A stretch of 64,000 nt of DNA from Escherichia phage EK010. The notes under the pieces were generated by a model that worked only from the letters and a program-made list of their open reading frames with translations, was not told where the DNA came from and did not search any database. This document shows positions 54,393 through 63,494 of this stretch, piece after piece (position 1 is the stretch's first letter; every line of letters begins with the position of its first letter). Both the position numbers and the translations under genes were made by a program. The DNA is taken from sequence record NC_070981.1; one strand, written 5' to 3'.

Positions 54393-54401
54393 AATACATT
54401 A
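54393..54401 (-). promoter_or_regulatory. promoter-like motif TAATGTATT (one mismatch)
   Basis: 33 nt upstream of ATG 54359. Confidence 0.3.
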
Positions 54402-54433
54402 CATATCTCCTTATAAGGGTCTTAAAATGAGAA

Positions 54434-54455
54434 AAGGCCACCCGAAGGCAGCCTT
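54434..54455 (-). terminator. rho-independent terminator (UUCG tetraloop) after capsid/Ig-like frame
   Basis: minus-strand AAGGCUGCC-UUCG-GGUGGCCUU then U-rich tract. Confidence 0.55.
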
Positions 54456-54459
54456 AGTT

Positions 54460-55578
54460 TTAAGCACCAGATTTAACGGTGTAGGTTTTGAACACTGTAG
54501 AACCTGGGTCAGTTCTCAGGGTTACTTTAGTATCTTCACTAGTGATAGCACCAGAGAGCGTAATTGTTAAAGCATCACCAGAAATGGTAATACTCAATTT
54601 GTCTGCATCTGTGCCTTCTACATCATATACGATAGTTCCTAGTGGAGCACCTTGAGGAACAGAAGCTATGTTAAAAACTCCTGGTTGGCTTGGGTCTGAG
54701 ATTGTCAAAGTATCACCAGCTACTGACCCATCAGACACTGCTGAAACAACTAAACCAGTAAGTTTAGGTATTACGTCTTCTATGGTAGAAGTTGCAGTTA
54801 CTGAAGTCTGGGTTTTATGAGTAGCCTTAACAGTTACATTGTCATTCGCTGTATCTGACAAGGTTAACAAGCCAGAGGTAGCATTAACAGAACCGGCAGC
54901 AGTTGGAGTTACTACGAAATTATAGTTAGTAGCAGCTGAGCGTTGAACAGTAAACATATCTGTAAAAGCGACACTGTCTCCACCAGATTTTCCAGTAATA
55001 GCAGCTTTAGCCGCGATAGTTGGAGGCTGAGGGTTGACAACAACGTTAATCACTTTAGTGACAGAAGGTTTAGTAGAAGATTTAACTGTAAGAGTAGTAC
55101 TACCTGCTGCAACAGCAGTTACACGACCAGCAGTTGTTACCGTAGCCTTAGTCGGATCTGCAATTTCCCAAGTAACACCTTGAGGTGCACCAGCAGGAGA
55201 TACAGAAGCAGTTAGATTGGTAGCATCTGGAACAGTTATGGTAAGAGTATCACCAGTTAGACCACCACCAGTTACAGCAATGGAAGCTGGGTCAGGGATT
55301 GGAGCTTTAATTTCCGAGATAACGGCAGTACCTGATACATCTTTAAGAGTAGCAGTCACTGTAATATCAGCGGTTTGAGGCGAACCTGGAGCAGTGAACA
55401 GTCCAGAAACAGAAATGGCCCCACCACCGGCTACTGACCAATCGAAGCCTGTAGTAGATGTGGAGCCATCGCTTAGTTCTGCTTCAGCTGTAAACTGTTG
55501 GGTAGCCCCGGTCAGCAGACTAGCCATTGACGCGGGACTAACAGTTACGCTGTCAACTGTTACGCCTCCACCTTTCCC
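54460..55578 (-). CDS. Ig-like-domain C-terminal extension of the major capsid protein, reached by -1 frameshift
   Basis: Open frame is -1 relative to MCP and begins inside the MCP 3' end; slippery G-GGA-AAG at 55578-55572; Ig-like repeats downstream. Confidence 0.5.
   Translation of the reverse strand, partial: GKGGGVTVDSVTVSPASMASLLTGATQQFTAEAELSDGSTSTTGFDWSVAGGGAISVSGLFTAPGSPQTADITVTATLKDVSGTAVISEIKAPIPDPASIAVTGGGLTGDTLTITVPDATNLTASVSPAGAPQGVTWEIADPTKATVTTAGRVTAVAAGSTTLTVKSSTKPSVTKVINVVVNPQPPTIAAKAAITGKSGGDSVAFTDMFTVQRSAATNYNFVVTPTAAGSVNATSGLLTLSDTANDNVTVKATHKTQTSVTATSTIEDVIPKLTGLVVSAVSDGSVAGDTLTISDPSQPGVFNIASVPQGAPLGTIVYDVEGTDADKLSITISGDALTITLSGAITSEDTKVTLRTDPGSTVFKTYTVKSGA
55539..55578 (-). 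other. programmed -1 ribosomal frameshift cassette: slippery heptamer G-GGA-AAG, 9-nt spacer, 8-bp hairpin
   Basis: Heptamer at 55578-55572 in MCP frame (Ala-Gly-Lys codons 346-348); stem TAACAGTT/AACTGTTA at 55562-55555 and 55546-55539. Confidence 0.5.
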
Positions 55579-56615
55579 GCAGCGGTGAACAATACACCAG
55601 AAGCATATGGGTTGCGGTGACGCAGACCAACTTCCATTTCGATCATCCATTTCTCGTAAGAACCATCTTTCGCCAGTTCAGTACGTTTCGGAGCACGAAG
55701 AACCATCTGAGTCCAGTCAGAGCTGCGGAAGAAGTAAACTGCATCAGCAGGCATCCAACGGTTAACGATGATTTTATAGCTCTGACCCAGCGGGTCAGTG
55801 ATGCTGTTAACTTCATAGATGAACTGTTTGGTGTTCTCAAAGATACGCTGACGAGAACCAACAGAGTTTTCCTGAAGCTTAGCAAAGATGCTAGCGTGAG
55901 CAGGGTTAATCATGATGATGTCTGCTTCAGAACCGGCGGTATACAGTTGCAGAGTCATATCAAAGATATCAGCTTCATCAAAACCGATGTTCGTAGTCGG
56001 GTTAGAAGCATTCTGTGCAACTTTAACAGTTACTGCACCAGTATCTGGGTCAGCAGGACCATCTTCTTTCTTAACAACACCACTAGCAACACCGTTGTGT
56101 GCACACAGGAACTGGAAAGCACCAGTCTTACGAGCAGCTGAGGTGTCATTCTGACCTACAACAGCAGGATCAGTTGCAGAGTTGGTCAGATACTGGTCTG
56201 CCAGAATATCGGTACGAGCCTGACCGGACAGCAAGATTTTCTCGAGGTCACGTTTAATCTCTTTACCTTTCTTCTCCAGCTGATACATCAGTTCACGACC
56301 ACGACCGTAGTTAGCGGTGGTGTTAGCAGTATCAGAAACACGAACAACTTTACGCAGGATCTGAGTAACGTTGGACTTGATTACAGTCGGTTTCATTTCG
56401 CCGTCTTCAGCACGAGAGCCTTCGACGTGGGCGTTGTTAGCATCTACGCTCGCCAGAGCATCGGTCTGCCAGCTGAAAATAGTCTGATTGATAGACTCTT
56501 TACCAGTCATAGACACAAACGGAGTGTCTTGCGGAGACAGGACAGAAATCCAGTTAGCAAAAGAAAGTTTTTTACCATTCTGGTCGTAAGATACAAATAA
56601 AGTTGGATTTGCCAT
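55560..56615 (-). CDS. major capsid protein
   Basis: 351 aa ORF directly downstream of scaffold gene, portal-scaffold-capsid order; frameshift into Ig-like extension. Confidence 0.6.
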   Translation of the reverse strand: MANPTLFVSYDQNGKKLSFANWISVLSPQDTPFVSMTGKESINQTIFSWQTDALASVDANNAHVEGSRAEDGEMKPTVIKSNVTQILRKVVRVSDTANTTANYGRGRELMYQLEKKGKEIKRDLEKILLSGQARTDILADQYLTNSATDPAVVGQNDTSAARKTGAFQFLCAHNGVASGVVKKEDGPADPDTGAVTVKVAQNASNPTTNIGFDEADIFDMTLQLYTAGSEADIIMINPAHASIFAKLQENSVGSRQRIFENTKQFIYEVNSITDPLGQSYKIIVNRWMPADAVYFFRSSDWTQMVLRAPKRTELAKDGSYEKWMIEMEVGLRHRNPYASGVLFTAAGKVEA

Positions 56616-56655
56616 GTTATATTAGCTCCTATACTATTAAAAATAAATTTGTCGA

Positions 56656-57738
56656 TTAATCTACGAGATACTTAAATGCGTCTTCGTGACGAATACGACC
56701 CTCTGAGAATGCCTTGGCAACCTTAGCGTTGTCTGGCGTATTGGAAGAACGAGACTTAGAAGCATCGGACTTCACAACCTTGCGTGGAGAGCCGGGACGT
56801 TTAATCTTAGCCATCACCTGCTGCTTACCTTTATCAAACTGGTATGCTTTGTGTAGAGCTAGGAAGATTGACGGACGGTTCTCTTTCAGCACTTCTTCTT
56901 CTGTAGCACCTAAGTCGATTGCGTACTGCATCAGGTTCTGATACAAGTTGTCATCCCAATTAGGAATCTCACGTTTAAGTACGCTTACACACTCAGTACA
57001 TTTAGCTTGGAAGAGCTGTTGTTCTTTTGCTAGTGCTTCTTGCTTGATTTTAAGCTGAGCTTGTTCAAGCTGTTGGCGACGAGCTGTATATTTTTCTAAG
57101 AAACGTTTGTTTTCTACATAAGCTTGAGGATCTTCTTGTGCAAGTTTGTCCCAATCAAAACCGTTGTAATCTTCAATTACTCGGTCTGCTTCTAGGGCAG
57201 CTAGTTCTAATACATCCCCCAAGCCAGCAACACGTTCTTCAAAAGCTTCAACATGACGCTGCAAAGTAGTCTCACGTTCGGACATTTCTGCACCAGTCAA
57301 ATAGCCATTAGACAACTCTTCAATAGTCATCTCACGACCATCAGGAAGGGTGATAACAGTTTCATAATCTACGTCAAAGACTTCACCTTCTTCGCCATCT
57401 TCGTCACTGTTAGCAGCTTCATCGTGACCTGCTTCACCGGAATCATCTTCTTCATCTTCTTCATCAGAGAACTCAGACTCTTCCTCTTCTTCTTCGCCTT
57501 CCTCTTCACGATCTTCCCAACCATCTTCATCTTCGAACGCTAACGTATCGTCATCACCGAGAAGGTCGGAAGCATCAAGATCAAAAGTCTCAGACTGTTC
57601 TGGGAATTCATCATCGATGTTCACTTCTGGTTCACGTTCTGATTCTAATTGACTAAGCTCTTCTTTGAAGGAGCCTTTTAAGTCGTCTAGTTGGAGGAAA
57701 GATTTAAAATCGTTCGGGTCAATATAATCATTTGCCAT
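56656..57738 (-). CDS. scaffolding protein
   Basis: Extremely acidic central region (Asp/Glu runs) and coiled-coil C-terminus; between portal and capsid genes. Confidence 0.55.
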   Translation of the reverse strand: MANDYIDPNDFKSFLQLDDLKGSFKEELSQLESEREPEVNIDDEFPEQSETFDLDASDLLGDDDTLAFEDEDGWEDREEEGEEEEEESEFSDEEDEEDDSGEAGHDEAANSDEDGEEGEVFDVDYETVITLPDGREMTIEELSNGYLTGAEMSERETTLQRHVEAFEERVAGLGDVLELAALEADRVIEDYNGFDWDKLAQEDPQAYVENKRFLEKYTARRQQLEQAQLKIKQEALAKEQQLFQAKCTECVSVLKREIPNWDDNLYQNLMQYAIDLGATEEEVLKENRPSIFLALHKAYQFDKGKQQVMAKIKRPGSPRKVVKSDASKSRSSNTPDNAKVAKAFSEGRIRHEDAFKYLVD

Positions 57739-57974
57739 TAGGAATTATCTCCTGCATTATTGATAGCAGCTTTTATGACCTCTTTTAAGCTACCAACCAT
57801 TTTATACTTTTGATAACATTCTTCGCGTTTCTTATTCTCATGAGCCTCGGTTAATACGATATCTCTCATGAGGGTTTCTTTTAATGCCTCTAATGCTGCG
57901 TCAAGAATGCCGTTGTGATTGAGAGCCGCCAAAGCGGCGGCGTGCTCTTTATTGAATTGCTGTCTTGTATTCAT
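57738..57974 (-). CDS. hypothetical protein (78 aa)
   Basis: ATG ORF between portal and scaffold. Confidence 0.45.
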   Translation of the reverse strand: MNTRQQFNKEHAAALAALNHNGILDAALEALKETLMRDIVLTEAHENKKREECYQKYKMVGSLKEVIKAAINNAGDNS

Positions 57975-57983
57975 TCAGTATCC

Positions 57984-60227
57984 TTATTTTCTACTACCAA
58001 GACGACGGTTAGGAATCCGTGAATCTTTGATTGAACTTTGCTGTTCTTTCTTAGTTTCATTTGCTTCTTTCTTTTGGAGTTCCAAAGTCTTATCTTGAAT
58101 TTTAGCCTGATTTGCAACTTTCTCAACATCGACCTGATGATTAAGAGTCATCTGCAACTCTTTAAGTACAGATTCATATTGACGGACCTGTTGCTGGAGC
58201 AGAGCCAACTTATGCTTGGCTTGTTCAAGTGTAGCACTGTTATCTTCTTTACGGTTCTCCAAAGTCATCTGATCAGCAGCATTCTCTTGCTTAAATTGCA
58301 GTTCTTCTTGACGTAAGCTGAACTCATCCGCAGCTTTCTGCTGTTCAAACGTAGTACGTTCACGCTGGTCGAATGCATCAGCAATCATCTTCTGAGAAGA
58401 AGCCTGTACGTTCTCAACCTGTGCTTTAGTCATCTCAAGCTGGAGGATTTCCATCGGAGTTGGCTCAGGAGGTTGATACTGTTCCAGAGGCATTAAGTAT
58501 TTGTGGGTGTCTTTAATTCCCATCAACTCGAAGATCTGTGCAGTCATATAACGATCTTGCTCCAGAGTAAACAGAGGTGCTAACTGAGCATCAGCAGCAA
58601 TCAATTGCTTCAGGCTGATTAGTTTCTGGGCACGTTCTGATTTCTCACTAGGAGAGATAGCTACAACAACTTGTAGATTATGACGAGCAGGTAGTTGTTT
58701 AGGATGAACCTGAACCATACCACGAGGGGTTTGTACTTGTAAAGGAACCTCACCATTTTCTCGGACTAAATTATAAATACCACGCATCAATTCAACCATA
58801 CCGTTGTGAGCAATATTACGACAGACCATACGGAGACGGTTCTGAGCAGCATTCATCATCAATCCAACAGTTGCATACGCGTTATCGTTCTTAAACACAT
58901 CAGGGTTAATGCCCATACCAAGTTTAGTAACACCAGTACGAGTTTCTTTCAACTCATCAGACATTCCCAGCAAGCCATCGATACCTTGAGGTAGATTGTG
59001 GTAAGGGAAGAGATCAATCGCATCCAGACGCTCCATTTCTACTACACCACCCGGACGGTTGTCTAGTAGGGAACGACGGTCATAAGCACCTACAAGAGCC
59101 TTATAACGACCATAGTTAGCATTGTTTACGTTATCAATATAACCACGAACCAAAGCGGTACGCAAATCCTGAATATCCTTGGTAATGTCGTAAACAGATT
59201 GTCCGTAGAATGAACCCGGAATAGGATAAGGGCAGAATGTTACAAAAGGAATGCTAGTTACTTCTTCACAAGAGAGAATATGCTCGCCTGCTTGAATAAC
59301 TTGGTAGAGTTTTGACTCTTTGTTCTTATCGAGCGTACCAGTACGAATGTAATGCTCGTAAACCCATACCATACTTGCGATATCTTCAGTGTCAACACCA
59401 ATATCAGCATCTGTATCCTGTCTCCAGTCAGTGCGTGACCATGCAACAGTAGATTGAGTGGTGTCCATTGTATCAGTCCAGTCATTAAAAGCTTCAATTT
59501 CATCTTTAGGGAAGCCCATAGCAACCAGATCTTCTTTAGATTTACGTGTGCGATGACAGAAATACTGAGCATCTGCAAAAGAGGTAGCATGTTCGTCAAC
59601 AAAAATTTGTTCTGAAGGAACATATTCTACTTTAACACGTTTTACTGTTTGTTTGTAAGTTACTTTAACATCCACTGTACCATCTTCATTGTCAGTGGTA
59701 AAAATTTCTAAATCTTGAAGCCCACCAGCTTCTAAACCTTGGACATATGCAGCCAAAGCTTCCGGAGGAACACCCTCTGCTTCTTCTGTTTGAGTAGAAG
59801 TTTGTTCATCCCAATAGTATTTAATAAAAGAGTTACGTGTAACCAGACACTCTTGTGCCGCTGAAGAGATAATATTGTATCCCGGATTATCACGTAACAA
59901 AATTTGGTTGACAAGCTTAGTGGCTACGTCAGCAGCATCACTATCTTCTTGGTTATCGGCTACGAAAGTTACCGCTTCGTCACCAGAACAGAACACGTTA
60001 ATGATATCTTGGAGTGTACCATTCACTGATTCCCATACTGTACGGTCTACCCAACTAGAACTACCAGCAGTAACTGGAGCAGGAAGGTTCCCATAGAAGT
60101 ATTCCCAAGCCTCACGAGCATAGCCTTTTACAGCTAAGTCTACATAGCCTTGAGCATAATTGAATCGACGTTGAAGGTCAACGCGTAATTCATCCAAAAC
60201 ATCTTCACTAAATTTCTTCTTAGCCAT
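57984..60227 (-). CDS. portal protein
   Basis: 747 aa ORF immediately downstream of large terminase; GGGAGAG RBS. Confidence 0.55.
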   Translation of the reverse strand: MAKKKFSEDVLDELRVDLQRRFNYAQGYVDLAVKGYAREAWEYFYGNLPAPVTAGSSSWVDRTVWESVNGTLQDIINVFCSGDEAVTFVADNQEDSDAADVATKLVNQILLRDNPGYNIISSAAQECLVTRNSFIKYYWDEQTSTQTEEAEGVPPEALAAYVQGLEAGGLQDLEIFTTDNEDGTVDVKVTYKQTVKRVKVEYVPSEQIFVDEHATSFADAQYFCHRTRKSKEDLVAMGFPKDEIEAFNDWTDTMDTTQSTVAWSRTDWRQDTDADIGVDTEDIASMVWVYEHYIRTGTLDKNKESKLYQVIQAGEHILSCEEVTSIPFVTFCPYPIPGSFYGQSVYDITKDIQDLRTALVRGYIDNVNNANYGRYKALVGAYDRRSLLDNRPGGVVEMERLDAIDLFPYHNLPQGIDGLLGMSDELKETRTGVTKLGMGINPDVFKNDNAYATVGLMMNAAQNRLRMVCRNIAHNGMVELMRGIYNLVRENGEVPLQVQTPRGMVQVHPKQLPARHNLQVVVAISPSEKSERAQKLISLKQLIAADAQLAPLFTLEQDRYMTAQIFELMGIKDTHKYLMPLEQYQPPEPTPMEILQLEMTKAQVENVQASSQKMIADAFDQRERTTFEQQKAADEFSLRQEELQFKQENAADQMTLENRKEDNSATLEQAKHKLALLQQQVRQYESVLKELQMTLNHQVDVEKVANQAKIQDKTLELQKKEANETKKEQQSSIKDSRIPNRRLGSRK

Positions 60228-60260
60228 CTAATCTCTCCCTCGGTGATAGCTTGGAAGGAA

Positions 60261-60299
60261 CTACTAAAGGGAGGACAAAGCCTCCCCTATTTTTAGTAG
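60261..60299 (-). promoter_or_regulatory. imperfect long hairpin between terL and portal
   Basis: GGGAGG/CCTCCC inner stem flanked by CTACTAAA/TTTAGTAG outer stem; overlaps terL stop. Confidence 0.3.
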
Positions 60300-61834
60300 G
60301 TCTGATTCCATCTGTTAATATTGTCTTGATAAAGCGATGAACTACCATAACTAGCATCATGCTTACTACGTCCACGATGTGTTACAGAACAAGCTGAATA
60401 TCGCATAGCATCCATCAAGTCATCATGTTCCTTAACAATCTTGCCAACCTTACGGTGATAGCGAGCTTTCTCTTCAAAGAGTTTAGCACACGAAGCAATG
60501 TTAAAGATTTTAAAACGACCTGACATCATACGTTCACGAATATCAGTAATTCCCGGCTCTACAAAGAAGTTCTTCTTACCATCCATTCCAATCTTATTGT
60601 AGAAGGTCTCACTCTGTACATTAACTCCTGCATTCTTATAGAATTGAGCAACAGACGAACCACTTCCCTTCTCAATGTTGTCGGCATCATGAGGAAGAAT
60701 AACTGGAATCCACTGACCACGACCATTAATAGCTGGTGCATGATACACTGGAGTAAACCCACCTTCTTTATAGCAGTCATAAACATAAATCGTATCAGTG
60801 TTAGCATCATATGCTGTCCAAACAGCGGCTGTCGGGTGATCGATACCAATATCAATAGCACACACACGTTTCCACGTATCAGGTATCTCAAAGGGATCAC
60901 ACTTAATCATGTCATCTGATACATCATAAATTAAACCAGAACCAAGCAACGGCATACCTTTTGAACGCATCTCTAACTGCCATGCTGGAATACCTTCAGT
61001 CATATCTTTAATATCTTGGTCAGTGATGTGTCCACCTAAATCTACATGAGCATCCCACCAAGAAGCGTTCTGGAAATATAGAGAACCTGTGTTCTCGTCC
61101 CCTTCACCTTTCATAAACTTATCCACCAGCTCTGTTAAACCATTCTCTGGTGTAGCTGTAATAGTAACTAAACCTTTAGTTGTAAGCGTACGTGTTACAC
61201 ACTGAGAGAAGATTGCCATAGATTCATATGGATCTTCTTCGTCCAGCCAAATGTAATCAACCGTAGCACCCATCAATGTATGTTCACCCTGTTGGGTAGA
61301 ACGGAACTCCAGTGTACTTAGACCGTCAAACTCGCCTCTCGCGTTTTGATGTTTAATCTGTACAATCTGTAATTTGTTCCCATCTCGTTCTATTGTATCA
61401 ATGACAATAGCATCACGAGGAATAACACCTGTTCCTATTAGATTCATATCCTTTCCGATAGGTGTTCCAAACAATTCCTTTTGCAATACCTTTCTTGTAG
61501 AGTCCCCTGTAATCCCTACTGCCCAAGCCAATATGGGTCGATTAAATCTATATCCTGTCCACCAAGTTGGGTAGCGACCTGTGACATGACAAGCAAACTC
61601 GTATGCCTCGCTGTATGATTTACCAACACGGTTAGCTGCGCACAGGAATCGGAAGCGATGCTTCAACCCTGCTGCATAGAATTTCTTCTGAAAGTCGTAA
61701 GCTTTAAAAGCTAACATCTTATTATATTTTCTCCACTGGTCCCTTTCTTTTAACATATTGAGCAAAGCTTTCTTTTCCTCTACACTCAATTTATCTCCAG
61801 TTAGAGCTTCGTAAATCTCTTTATCTAATGACAT
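60293..61834 (-). CDS. terminase large subunit
   Basis: Walker A-like 'ANRVGKS', Walker B-like 'IWLDEE'; start at ATG 61834 with GGAGG RBS (track start is TTG 61846). Confidence 0.7.
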   Translation of the reverse strand: MSLDKEIYEALTGDKLSVEEKKALLNMLKERDQWRKYNKMLAFKAYDFQKKFYAAGLKHRFRFLCAANRVGKSYSEAYEFACHVTGRYPTWWTGYRFNRPILAWAVGITGDSTRKVLQKELFGTPIGKDMNLIGTGVIPRDAIVIDTIERDGNKLQIVQIKHQNARGEFDGLSTLEFRSTQQGEHTLMGATVDYIWLDEEDPYESMAIFSQCVTRTLTTKGLVTITATPENGLTELVDKFMKGEGDENTGSLYFQNASWWDAHVDLGGHITDQDIKDMTEGIPAWQLEMRSKGMPLLGSGLIYDVSDDMIKCDPFEIPDTWKRVCAIDIGIDHPTAAVWTAYDANTDTIYVYDCYKEGGFTPVYHAPAINGRGQWIPVILPHDADNIEKGSGSSVAQFYKNAGVNVQSETFYNKIGMDGKKNFFVEPGITDIRERMMSGRFKIFNIASCAKLFEEKARYHRKVGKIVKEHDDLMDAMRYSACSVTHRGRSKHDASYGSSSLYQDNINRWNQTY

Positions 61835-61852
61835 ATATTCCTCCAATAAAAT

Positions 61853-61870
61853 AAAAAAGGGAGAGATCCC
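61853..61870 (-). terminator. short hairpin + U6 between terS and terL (attenuator candidate)
   Basis: minus-strand GGGA-UCUC-UCCC followed by UUUUUU, then RBS of terL. Confidence 0.35.
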
Positions 61871-61900
61871 TCGCGAAAAGAACCCTCCCCTCTATTCCTA

Positions 61901-62368
61901 TTAACTCTCGTCCGCTTCCTCCTCCTTTTCAGCGTCCTCAGAGTCCTCTGGAGGTAGCACATCCACTTTCAGTGCACCAGTCAAGAAGTCTCGAATCTGT
62001 GCGTTCAGTGATTCTTCATTGATTACATTCTCTTCCTCAATCTTAACCTCAACAGAAGCTGCCTTAGGATATACCAGATCAGCGACTTTACTTGCAGCCT
62101 TGAATCTAAGATCAGGTGGAATATTTGGATCTTCATAAATCTGAATCAACACTTCATCAGGAGACAAATGACTAGCAGCAACACGATCGAGCATGAGCTG
62201 TGTCAATTTACCTCTACTACCTTTGGGACGTCCAAATTTATTACCTTTAGTGAACTTCCCTGTGCTTGGTTCCATGCCCTTGGATTCAAGTTCTTCCGTT
62301 ACTCCGGGCAGTCTTCCTGTAATCTCAGCTACCTGTGCAGGTGTGAGTTCTCCTTTTTCTCCAAACAT
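61901..62368 (-). CDS. putative terminase small subunit
   Basis: 155 aa, directly upstream of terL; basic 'GRPKGSRG' segment and acidic C-terminus. Confidence 0.4.
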   Translation of the reverse strand: MFGEKGELTPAQVAEITGRLPGVTEELESKGMEPSTGKFTKGNKFGRPKGSRGKLTQLMLDRVAASHLSPDEVLIQIYEDPNIPPDLRFKAASKVADLVYPKAASVEVKIEEENVINEESLNAQIRDFLTGALKVDVLPPEDSEDAEKEEEADES

Positions 62369-62395
62369 CTTATACTCCTTCTACATTATCGTTAT

Positions 62396-62422
62396 AACAA
62401 AAAGCCTCCCACGAGAGGAGGC
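62396..62422 (-). terminator. rho-independent terminator upstream of terS
   Basis: minus-strand GCCUCC-(7 nt)-GGAGGC followed by UUUUU. Confidence 0.5.
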
Positions 62423-62433
62423 AACACCTTTTA

Positions 62434-63096
62434 TTAGTCTACATCACCTACGTGTAGGTTGAACAAAGTCTGGAGAGCTACAGTTTCACCTTCCCAGCTA
62501 ACTGGAACAGATTTGTCATTCTCTACATCAAAAGAAGAGGACGCCAAAAATTTTTTGTATTCTTCAAGCTCGGGGTCCAGAGCTTGTTCACTAACATGCA
62601 CCCACGTAACTACTTCATTACCTTCTTCGTCAATTACTACATTACGTGACCATTGCTCTTTTGAATTTAAATAATTATTCAGAGCCTCATACTCGGCTTC
62701 TTCAATCATCTCAATCATCTCACGGGCATAGCCCGGTAGGTGTGCGTGTTTGTCAGCTACATACGGAACAACTTCTAAATTGGATGGACACTTACGTTTA
62801 ACTTCCTTTGCTACAGTGAAATAATCTTTCACATCTTTAGCTTCTGTACGAGGAATCAAACCTTCCCATAATTCACGGGTTGAAGGAGCATGGCCATACA
62901 CAGAACCATGAGCCAGTTGTTTTGCCGTCTCAACTCGGGACTGACCTCCAGTAGTTTCATGAACACGATTCAGATAGAGAACGTCCTCTGATAAAGGACG
63001 GAGAGGACCACCATTGAAAACAACCTCGCCTTTACATCCCATGTTCTCATAGATTGCATTCAGTGTATTAGTTCCTGTCATATTGTTATTCATCAT
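62434..63096 (-). CDS. hypothetical protein (220 aa)
   Basis: ATG ORF with AAGGAG RBS; followed by hairpin + U-run. Confidence 0.5.
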   Translation of the reverse strand: MMNNNMTGTNTLNAIYENMGCKGEVVFNGGPLRPLSEDVLYLNRVHETTGGQSRVETAKQLAHGSVYGHAPSTRELWEGLIPRTEAKDVKDYFTVAKEVKRKCPSNLEVVPYVADKHAHLPGYAREMIEMIEEAEYEALNNYLNSKEQWSRNVVIDEEGNEVVTWVHVSEQALDPELEEYKKFLASSSFDVENDKSVPVSWEGETVALQTLFNLHVGDVD

Positions 63097-63352
63097 TCTC
63101 TCCTTCAGTATTTACGTTATCACCATAACGATAATCTTTAAACGTTTCAGCCTTGTAACTTACAAAGCATCTCATGTACAACCAGCCCAATGAACTCAGA
63201 TCTATTGTCACATCAAAATCTTCATCGTCGTCTAGGTCTACCAATCTACCCAAACAAGTTATTACTTCAAAGTCCCCATCTTCTTCAACTTTGAATGCAC
63301 ATGTCTCAGTGCGGAAGAAAGGAATCAACTCTGATAAAAAATCTAGAATCAT
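63086..63352 (-). CDS. acidic hypothetical protein, first gene of late operon
   Basis: Internal ATG 63352 with AGGAGA RBS; longer track ORF would run into the iteron array. Confidence 0.45.
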   Translation of the reverse strand: MILDFLSELIPFFRTETCAFKVEEDGDFEVITCLGRLVDLDDDEDFDVTIDLSSLGWLYMRCFVSYKAETFKDYRYGDNVNTEGENDE

Positions 63353-63367
63353 TTTATATCTCCTCTG

Positions 63368-63494
63368 ATAAAGGGGGTGATCAACCCATAAAGGCGTACT
63401 CATCTAAAGGCCCACCCGTGTACTAACCCATGTACGCTGATGTAAAGGGGATCTCATAAAGGCCACCTCATGTTAAGGCTTACCCATTAAGGCC
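63368..63494. repeat. array of seven degenerate direct repeats, consensus about ATAAAGGCC
   Basis: Copies at 63368, 63388, 63404, 63442, 63456, 63472, 63486 with 14-20 bp spacing (one 38-bp gap); non-coding, upstream of late operon. Confidence 0.5.

Noticed and set aside
62380-62388. TAATGTAGA (one mismatch to the promoter-like motif) upstream of terS
   Set aside because: It lies only 12 nt from the start codon and abuts the RBS, unlike the 33-59 nt spacing of the other copies.
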